This document shows positions 51,382 to 64,000 of a stretch of 64,000 bases of DNA, piece by piece. Within the stretch, counting starts at the first letter, position 1. Each line of letters starts with the position of its first letter. The notes beneath the pieces were generated by a model, which was given only the letters and a program-made list of their open reading frames with translations, searched no databases and was not told where the DNA came from. Origin of the DNA: Dictyostelium discoideum. Taxonomy: Eukaryota. Position numbers and translations under genes: made by a program. Location of the stretch: NCBI GenBank assembly GCA_000004695.1, contig CM000151.3, positions 8,256,001-8,320,000 on the forward strand. Reading direction: 5' to 3'.

Positions 51382-54321
51382 TAATTAATTTATATATTTA
51401 TTTTACTAATATATATATATATATATATATATATTTTATTTTTTTTTTTTTTAAAAAAAAAAAGAATAATTTTCCTTAGAAAATTAACAGATTATAATAT
51501 TGAACATGCAAAAGCATTATTTGATACAATTAAATGGAATGAAAAAAATAAAACACCACAATTTTTAAGATTCTTTATTGAAGAATTTAAAGATGATGAT
51601 AAATATTTATCATTAGTTTTGGAATACCATGGTGAACAGTTGATGACAAGTACGGGGATATCAATTGTAATGGATCATTATATGAGAGTTGGAAAAAAAG
51701 AAGAATTAAGAAAATTGATTGAATCAGTGGTGATTTCAAATAAGATGGCAGAATTTCCAGCGATATACGAACCATTAATTAAATCATGTTTATATTTAGA
51801 TGATCATGAATCTGCATTATCATTTTACAATAGAATATTGTCAACACCACAAAGATTGAATCATGCACCATTTAACTATTTCTTAAATTATTATTTGGAT
51901 AAGGATAGCGAAGATGGGGTGAGCAAATCGGTAAACTTCTTTTTAAGATTCATTAAATCTGTGCCACAATTTATAACTACTGAATCATTTTGCAATTACA
52001 TTGGTAGATTATTGAATGTGTATTTACCAAGTCAGGGTTTCATTGGTAGACCTGTCGTAGAGGATTTATTAAGTATGCTTCAAAAGCGTGCTTTCATTAC
52101 ATCGAATAACGTTTACCTAGCTTTAATACTCCATTTGGTACGTGATGATGTCAATCAAAAAGAATTTGCTCATCAAATCTATATGGAAATTATAAAACCC
52201 GAACATTCAGATCCACTAAAAAATCATCGAAAAATAATTAAATATTTAATAAAAGCTAATCAACCAAATGAATTAAAAGAATTATTAAATAAAATTAAAG
52301 AAAAACAAAAAGAAGCTTTATTAAAAAATGCATTATTAATTGAACAACAACAATTAAAACAACAACAACAACAACAACAAGTACAAAATCAAGAATTCGA
52401 TAATATTTCAGAAATACAAAAAAATAATAATTCAATACAAATTGATCAATTTGCAATGTGGTTTCCATTAACACAATTATTATTAGAATTTGGACAAAAA
52501 CATAATAATGATTTTGAAATTTATGAAGAGTCATTAAAGAATGCTGATCAAAGACATTTACATATATTATTATTTTATAATGAAATGGTTGGTAATAGTG
52601 AATTGGTTTCAGTGATTGAGAATTATTTAGAAAGAAAAAATGTATATTTATTATCATCAACATTATCAAAATTAATTCAATGGTATTTAGCATTTGATCG
52701 TTATCATTTAGCACTATATTGGTTAAGTAAAAAGATTTCAACTTATAATTCTGCAGCTTCACCAATTTTAATGACTTATTTTAAACAATTCTCTGAAAGT
52801 AATAAAAATCAATCAGAATTAGTTAAATTTTGGAATAATCATATTTTAGTTTATCCAATTCAAAAAGATAATAATAATAATACTCAACAATTTTCAGAAG
52901 ATGATAATTTAATAAAAAATCAAAATGAAGAAGATGGTGAAGAAGAACAACAACAACAAGTAGGAGTAGATGAAAGTGTAACAAAAATAAAAACAATGAC
53001 AGATAATGATAAAATAAATATTAATAATGATAATATAATTAGAATTGGTGAAACTAAAAAATTGATAGCAATTAAAAGTCAATTTGAAACTAGAGAAGAT
53101 ATAAAGAATAGTTGGGAACAGTTAGCAACATTTTTAACAAATGTAAAGACATTGGAAGAGGTTAAAGAATCTACTAATTTACCATTTAGTTTAAAAATTC
53201 AAAAAGCATGCACTGATGAAGATGCCGATAGAATCATTGAGATTTTAGAAGAGCATTTCGAACAATCAACCATTCCAACACATAATGCATTATTGGTTGC
53301 ATATATAACACTTGGTAGAATCGATTTAGAGAAATACATATTCCTATTGAACAAAACTCCAAGACATATTCGTAACATTGTTTATGATCCAAGTATTTAT
53401 GAAAAAATACTTGAAATGGATTTCGATATGGGTATTAATATTCTATCAAAAGAGAGTTCAACAATACTACAATCTCATACAACTTATAATTTAATATTGA
53501 AAGCGTGTTGTAATATCAACCAAACTGAATTGGCTTCAATGATAGTTGCCAGAATGATTGGATCAAAAAGGATCATTGTTCATTCTGAATTATATTTACA
53601 AACAATGTTTAAAAATGGCTTACATAATCATGCTGTCGTTAAAAATTTAAAAAATGTTTTGATTTCTTATGGCACAAAGGTTTCTCAAACATTATGTAAT
53701 ATGGAGATATTGGCATTCTTGGAGAATGGTGAACTTGATGATGCTTTGGCTATTTTCACCGCGTCACCAAAGGATATTGAATCTTTGAGATTGGGTTTAA
53801 AAATTTATAGTAAAATGTATCCAATCCCTCCATTGTCAAATTTACATAATTGGACTCCATTGTTAAATATTCAACATAATTTGAAATCTTCAATTTTCAC
53901 AGAATATCTTTATAGATATTTATATGAAAAAGATTTACAACATTTAATTGTTAAATTATATGAAAAAACTACTATGGATCCTTCAGTTGAAATCTCTCCA
54001 ATGGAGTTACATTATGCATTATTTTCAACAGCTAATAAAAACAAACTTTTCCAAGTTTTCCTAAGTTATCGTGGTAATCAAATTACACAAGAATCTTTTG
54101 ATCTCATAAAAACTGTAAATCAAACTCTAAAAGTTGAAGAGGTTAAAAATAAACTTTCAAAACTTATTATTGCACCCAATATAAAAGATACACCAACAAC
54201 CAAACCAATCACTCATGAAACTAAAGAATTTTTAATTTTCAATTTCACTCCATATTTAAAAAATCAAAAATTAAAAAGACAATCTTTAGCTGATGAAACT
54301 TTATCAAATTCAACTAAATAA
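50699..54321 (+). CDS. pentatricopeptide-repeat (PPR)-like protein, probably mitochondrial (~1140 aa) with a long poly-Asn insert; exons 50699..51288 and 51480..54321
   Basis: Exon 1 ends GATAA|GTAATT. The intron contains (ATT)n and (AT)n arrays. Acceptor TTCCTTAG|A (phase 2) keeps the frame into ORF 51619..54321 (which the track starts at TTG). Repeated ~35-aa helical-hairpin motifs (..HNALLVAYITLGRIDLEKYIFLL.., ..TYNLILKACCNINQTELASMIVARMI..). Confidence 0.65.
51293..51381. repeat. (ATT)n microsatellite (~29 copies) inside the PPR-gene intron, followed by (AT)13 at 51411..51437
   Basis: Read directly in the sequence. Confidence 0.9.
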
Positions 54322-54378
54322 AACAAACAAACAAACAAACAAACAAACAAACAAACAAACAAACAAACAAACAAACAA
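54320..54378. repeat. (CAAA)n microsatellite (~14 copies) immediately after the PPR-gene stop codon
   Basis: Read directly in the sequence. Confidence 0.9.
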
Positions 54379-54858
54379 ATAAATAATAAATAAATAATAA
54401 ATGATAAATAATAATAAATAAAAAAAAAATAAAAAAAAAATAAAAAAAAAAAAAATAAATAAAAGTATTAAATTAAACTTTTTTTTTTTAAAAAAAATAT
54501 TATACATATATTTTATTTATTTGTTTTTTTTTTTTTTTAAATTATTTAATAATCTTTTTGAATCTATTGTGATAATAATAATAAAAAAAAAAAAAAAGTT
54601 TTTACTCTTTTTTTTTTTTGATTCAGATTTATTTTTTTATATTGAATGTTATTTTTTACCTCAATTATATTTTTTTTTTAAATATTTGTGTGTGTCTGTG
54701 TTTGTTTGAGGGCGTTTTTTTTTTTTTTTTTTATTTAATTAAATATAATTTAAATATAATTTAAATAATTTTTTTGAACTCTCATTCATTTTTTTTTTTA
54801 TAATATTTTTTTTTTTTTTTTATTTTTCAAAAAAAAAAACTACTTTATTATTTATAAA

Positions 54859-55326
54859 ATGTTAAGTAAAGAGGAGGAAGAAATAAATAAAGTACGATTT
54901 GAAAATTATATTAAAAAATTAATTGATAATGGATTTTTTAAATGTGGAATAATCGATATTGATAGTGGTGATATGATATGTATTAGTGAAGAATTTAATG
55001 TTTGTTATGTAGAATATCAAGAGATTTTAAATTTATTTAATGGCTCTTCATCAATTAGTTTATTAATAAATGGTGATAGATATTATGTTAATACTTCAGA
55101 TGATATTAGAATTCAAGGTAAAACAACTTTAAAATCAAGTGGTAATACTTCGACTATAAATGGTTTACAATCTTTAATTATAAGAAGAACTAAAGGAAAA
55201 TGTGTAATAGGTGTTTATAAAGAAAATCAAACTAAAGAATTGGCCGAAAAATACATTGAAGAAATTATAGATGATATAACAAAATTAAATGAAAATGAAA
55301 ATATTTCAAATTTAATTGAAGAATAA
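54859..55326 (+). CDS. divergent profilin-like protein (155 aa)
   Basis: Intact ORF. Spacing of conserved hydrophobic/Gly positions resembles profilin (LINGDRYYV ~ FLGGTKYMV; RTKGKCVIGVYKE ~ KTGQALVFGIYEE; AEKYIEEIIDDI ~ VERLGDYLIEQG). The assignment is tentative. Confidence 0.45.
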   Translation: MLSKEEEEINKVRFENYIKKLIDNGFFKCGIIDIDSGDMICISEEFNVCYVEYQEILNLFNGSSSISLLINGDRYYVNTSDDIRIQGKTTLKSSGNTSTINGLQSLIIRRTKGKCVIGVYKENQTKELAEKYIEEIIDDITKLNENENISNLIEE

Positions 55327-55369
55327 TTAATAAAAAATAATATTTTCTAAAAATAATTAATAAATAAAT

Positions 55370-55407
<38 letters not shown>

Positions 55408-55748
55408 ATAATTAAACAAAAATAAAATTTTTTATAAATAGCTTATTTTTAAAAATTACATATGTAATATATGGTTATTAATAATTAAAAATAAAAAAAA
55501 TTTAAAAAAAGGGGTAATTTTCTATATAAAGAAAAAAAAAAACAAAAAAAAAAACAAAAAAAAAAAAAAATAATAACGAATTTTCATTATGGTGAGAACC
55601 ACATACATATGTGGTTTTTGGGTTTTTATAATATTAATCAATGATTTTAGCACATTTTCAGTATAGGTTCCTTTTTTTATTTTTTTTAAAAATAAAAATT
55701 AAATAAAAAGATTGTTAACAATTTACTTAATTTTTTTAATTTGTTTAG

Positions 55749-55783
<35 letters not shown>

Positions 55784-56030
55784 TAAAAATGTTTATGAAT
55801 AAAATTATAAAAATAAAAAAAAAAAAAAAATTAATTATTTTTTTCAAAATTTCATACATTTTATTTTTAAAAAATTAAATATTAATAGATATTTGTTATT
55901 TTTAAAATTAAAAACAAAACAAAAATAAAAATATAAAAAAAAATAATTTATTTTAAACAAACCACTCTATAATATATTTATTTGTTTACCCAAAAAAAAA
56001 AAAAAAAAATTTTTTAAAAAAAAAAAAAAA

Positions 56031-56432
56031 ATGAATAATATAATATTACCATTATATATACAACAAAAAATTATTAAATTTTGTTATTTTGATAAAGTTA
56101 ATCAATTTAAATGGAAATTATCATTATGTTTAATTTCAAAAAAACATTTTGAATATGTTTCAAAATGTTTTACAAAAATAAATTCATCAATTTTAACAAT
56201 TGATCCAAAGATTATCGTAGAGAAATTAAATAATCCATTTTGTCCATTAAAATATCCATTAATTTTAAATAATTCATTTACAATTGACTGTTTATATTCT
56301 TATATTAGACATTACCATTTTCAAAAATTATTATTAATTTTAGGAAATGGAAATTTAAATTCAATAAATTTAACATTGGATAGTAATGGGATCGTCAATA
56401 CACATTTCAACAGTGTTACCAAAATTAATTGA
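56031..56432 (+). CDS. F-box-like N-terminal ORF (133 aa). Its 3' end and relation to the downstream gene are unresolved because of the assembly gap
   Basis: LPLYIQQKIIKFCYFDKVNQFKWKLSLCLISKKHFEYVSKCF fits the F-box consensus. A second frame (56386..) stays open into the N run. Confidence 0.35.
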   Translation: MNNIILPLYIQQKIIKFCYFDKVNQFKWKLSLCLISKKHFEYVSKCFTKINSSILTIDPKIIVEKLNNPFCPLKYPLILNNSFTIDCLYSYIRHYHFQKLLLILGNGNLNSINLTLDSNGIVNTHFNSVTKIN

Positions 56433-56444
56433 ATCAAATAATGA

Positions 56445-56544
56445 NNNNNNNNNNNNNNNNNNNNNNNNNNNNNNNNNNNNNNNNNNNNNNNNNNNNNNNN
56501 NNNNNNNNNNNNNNNNNNNNNNNNNNNNNNNNNNNNNNNNNNNN
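56445..56544. other. assembly gap (100 x N)
   Basis: Run of N read directly. The true size is unknown. Confidence 1.
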
Positions 56545-56719
56545 AATAAAAAAATAAAAAAAAAACCTTTTCTATATATATTAATATATATTTATTTAAT
56601 TATTTTTTTACTTTTTTTTATTTTTTTTATTTTTTTAATTTTTTTTTTTTTCTTGCACAATTTTTTTTTTTTTTTTTTATTTCATTTTTTTTATTTTTTT
56701 TATTTTTTTATTAATGAAG

Positions 56720-57866
56720 TAATCAAATTGAAATTAAAGAAAATGGTGAATTATTAGATGAAAATGGTATATTAAAAATAAAAGGATGGTCAAGACAACC
56801 CTATTTAAAGTATAACCCAGAACAATTATCAAAATTTAGAAAATCATTTAGATTAAAAGAATGGAATTATTACTCAATTGGATCCAATAGTTTTTATTTT
56901 GCAGTTGTCGCTATTGATCTAGGTTATGCATGTATTTATCAATGTTTTTTCATTGATTTTGAAAAGGATTATAAAAATTTAAATGAAAATCAACCACAAC
57001 AACCATCAGAACCATCAGATTATATTATGGATGAAATTAGATTTGCAACACCATTCTCAAAAGGATTATGTTTACCATCAGATAGCTGTGAACATGGTTG
57101 TCATACAAAATATGATTCAAATAACTTTTCAATTGAATTTAATTCAATTTGTAGTGAACATCTTAATAAAGATGATGAAAGTAGTGATAGTAATAATAAT
57201 AATTCAAAAATTAAACATCATATTAAATTTTATAGTAAAAAGGGTCAACTTGAAGGTGATATAGTATTTGATTTATCACCAACTAGAGAATCAATTGTAT
57301 TGATGACACCAATTGGTAAAGAGAATTTCTACTATAATAGAAAAACAAATTTGATACCAGTTGGTGGTAGTTTAAAAGTTAAAGGTGTAGAACAATTAAA
57401 TGGTGACATCAATTCAATTGCAAATGATTGTTTTGGTATTATGGATTGGGGTAGAGGTATTTGGGAATATAATAGCTTTTGGTTATGGTCATCTGCTTGG
57501 GGTAAAGTCGATGGAATTCCAGTTGGTTTAAATTTTGGATCTGGTTTTGGTGATCTTTCAACTCATACTGAAAATGGAGTAAATGTGAATGGAATCGTCC
57601 ATAAATTAGGTCATGTAGATATAGAATACAATGAATCAAACCTAATGGAACCTTGGAAATTCATTTGTAAGCATGGTAGATTTGGTGAACAACCTCTCAT
57701 CTTTACTCCATTCAAAAAGAAGTATGATAATAATGATTTCACCGTTTTCATTTCAAGTTTTCATCAAATTCTTGGTACTTTTACTGGTGAAATCATTTTA
57801 GATGATGGTAGTAGATTAAAAATAAATTTAATTGGCTTCTCTGAAGTTCATAAAGCAAGATGGTAA
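56720..57866 (+). CDS. conserved hypothetical protein resembling bacterial-type DUF2804-family proteins (tentative); the 5' exon/start is not resolved and lies before or in the gap
   Basis: Frame open from 56718 with no ATG until 57027. Likely acceptor TGAAG|T at 56719. N-terminal region (ELLDENGILKIKGWSRQPYLKYNPEQL..KEWNYYSIGSNSFYFAVVAIDLGYACIYQCFFIDF..) and later WEYNSFWLWSSAWG.. are non-repetitive. Ends ..FSEVHKARW*. Confidence 0.5.
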
Positions 57867-57984
57867 AATTTTAAAAAATAAAATAAAAAAATAAAATAAA
57901 AAAATAAAATAAATAAATAATAAAACAAAGTAAATAAAATAATAAATAAATTTTTACAAAGAGAAATTAAAAATAGGCAAACTA

Positions 57985-58074
57985 TTATTTTATTTTATTT
58001 TATTTTATTTTATTTTATTTTTATTTTATTTTATCTTATTTTATTTTATTTTATTTTATTTTATTTTATTTTAA
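57985..58074. repeat. (TTTTA)n microsatellite (~17 copies)
   Basis: Read directly in the sequence. Confidence 0.9.
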
Positions 58075-58375
58075 TTGTTTAACAATTTTTTATTTTTTTT
58101 TTTAATATTAACTTTATGGTTTAATTTCAAAAAATTGGTGTAAAAATAAAAAAAAGATTTTGGATCGCAAAAAAAGAAATTTTTTTTTTTATTAGAAAGT
58201 GCACCAAAACACCTTTCCGAAAAAATCTGGTATTTTTTTTTTTTTTAATTTTTTTAATTTTTTTTTTAAGCAAAAATTCGTGTTAACTTTTGACCAACAG
58301 TATCAATTAAAGATAACAGTCAAAAAACAATCATTCTTTATTTTTAAAGAAAACCTTTCTCCTATCTTCATTTTT

Positions 58376-58418
<43 letters not shown>

Positions 58419-58605
58419 ACCAATCAATCAATTAATCATTACATTATTATAAGATATTAGATCACAACTAAATTATTATTTTTTTTTTTTTTACAAAAAC
58501 ACATAATATTATTTATAAGATTATTAGATCATAACTAAATTTTTTTTTTTTCTTTTTATTAAGCTTTTCAATTTTGAAAAGACACCACAACTTATTTTTT
58601 TATTG

Positions 58606-58650
<45 letters not shown>

Positions 58651-58928
58651 AGGTCCAAATCTTTTTTTATTATTTATTTTTTTTTTTTTTATAATTTGAG
58701 ATTAAAATAAAACTAATGAATTAAAAACAAATAACCGAACCTATTACAACAATTGACCTTGATATTTCTTTTGGAAGTACAACTAGAGATTTAAGAACAT
58801 CACAACGCTTACCATGGTTTTTTACCAAACAAATTGGTAAACTTTTTTTTTTTTGACCTTAAGGTTTTAAAAAAATATGAGAGTTATCAATTAAATCTTT
58901 TTATTTTTTTTTATTCTGTTGGTTATAA

Positions 58929-59095
58929 TAAAAACTTTGACAGTCACCTGTTTTTTTTTTTTTTTTTTTCGCCGCCTTTTTTTCTTTTTTTTTTTTTTCC
59001 TTTCCCTTTTTTTTTTTTTAACTTTCCCTTTTTTTTTCTTTTTTTTCCTTCCCTTATTTTTTTTAATTAAATTCCTTTCCCTTTTTTCTCCATGG
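58929..59095. repeat. ~165-bp pure polypyrimidine (C/T) tract on the + strand (homopurine/homopyrimidine mirror-like)
   Basis: TTTTTCGCCGCCTTTTTTTCTTTT..CCTTTCCCTTTT..AACTTTCCCTTTTTTTTTC..CCTTCCCTTATTTT..TTCCTTTCCCTTTTTTCTCC. This is the only C-containing stretch in a long A/T desert, ~1 kb upstream of the 60109 gene. Confidence 0.7.
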
Positions 59096-59176
59096 TCCGA
59101 AGTAATAAAAAAAAAAAAATTGGTTAGCGAAATCATTTTTTGAGTTTGAACTTCAGTGGTGAAAATTAAATTTATT

Positions 59177-59229
<53 letters not shown>

Positions 59230-59295
59230 GGTCAGAAAATCAAAAAAAAAAAATTAAAAAAATTAAAATTTGAAAAGTTTGAGCTTGATTTTTTA

Positions 59296-59327
<32 letters not shown>

Positions 59328-60000
59328 GTTGAATCAAAACCCCCATTACTAAAAATCTCAACTGAACTTTTCTTTTAATGAAATTAAAAAAACATTTTTT
59401 TTTAATTTTTTTTTTTTTTTTTTCAAAATTCGTGTATGCTATCACTATCATCATCACCCAATGGTTTTTTAAAATTAAAGAAAACCGTACTATTAGCTTG
59501 AAAAACAAAAAAAAAAAATCAATTTTCTAAGTTTTTTTTTTCTTTTTTTTTTTTTTTTTTTTATTATTTTAATTTTTAATCACCAATCATAATAATATCA
59601 AAATACATATAATTTTGTGGATTTTTTTTTTTTCTCTCTTTCAAGTTCATTAATAATTTTTTTTCTCTATCATTTTTTTTTGATTTTGTGTAAGTGCCAA
59701 AAAACACCCATCAATAGATATTTTTTTTTTTTTTTATTCCATTTTTTTTTTTTTTTTCAACTGATTTTACACAAAAAAAAAAAAAATAATAAAAAAAAAA
59801 AAAATAATAAAAAAAAAAAAAAAAATTCTTCCAATTTTTATTTTCAAAGACTCCAAAAATGATTTTATCAATATTACCATTTTAAATTTGATTTCCCACC
59901 AAAAAAAAAAAAAAAAAAAAAATTATATTTTTTAAAACAGACCAATAAAATAAAAAAAAAAAAAAAAAAAAAAAATATTTTCCAATACCGATTTAAAAAA

Positions 60001-60062
60001 TATAAAAATAAAAATATAAAAATAAAAATAAAAATAAAAATAAAAATAAAAATAAAAATAAA
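60001..60062. repeat. (AAAATA)n microsatellite ~50 bp upstream of the 60109 start codon
   Basis: Read directly in the sequence. Confidence 0.9.
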
Positions 60063-60108
60063 ATTAACTCCAAAACAAAAAAAAAAAAAAAAATTAAAAT
60101 AAACCAAA

Positions 60109-64000
<3,892 letters not shown>

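Overview
This window is AT-rich (~75-80% A+T) eukaryotic nuclear DNA with the hallmarks of a Dictyostelium discoideum-type genome. Coding sequence carries AAT/CAA (poly-Asn/poly-Gln) tracts, introns are short (~95-190 bp) with GTAAGT-like donors, intergenic regions are homopolymer-rich, and there is no operon structure. Exon/intron structures were reconstructed by hand from the six-frame track plus splice motifs. The ORF track omits ORFs that run off the window edge and reports some TTG/GTG-initiated ORFs. About 22 protein-coding genes are supported. Those with recognisable products are a Stealth/GlcNAc-1-phosphotransferase-like protein, a Vps39/Vam6 CNH-domain protein, a GPI-type pepsin-family aspartic protease, two IPT/TIG (Tgr-like) transmembrane glycoproteins, ribosomal proteins L7a and S27, peptidyl-tRNA hydrolase 2, cyclin Y, glucose-6-phosphate 1-epimerase-like, RNA polymerase III subunit RPC4, NDUFS4, a PPR-like protein and a divergent profilin-like protein. 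RNA genes are one tRNA-His(GUG) with a downstream extra B box and two tandem Class I ncRNA genes (conserved GTTGACCTTACAGCAA 5' end) with DUSE-like upstream motifs. There is also a 100-N assembly gap and many microsatellites. The most anomalous observation is a ~0.65 kb GC-rich island (~45% GC, codons AGG/CGG/GGG/CTC/GAG/TCG, overlapping XhoI/SacI sites) embedded in-frame inside the otherwise AT-rich Vps39-like coding exon. Other points of interest are a frameshifted ecm/psp-like Cys-rich repeat gene, ATG-only first exons in both ribosomal protein genes, and CA/GT-rich G-box-like elements in large divergent promoters. No transposon, CRISPR or prokaryote-type system was seen.
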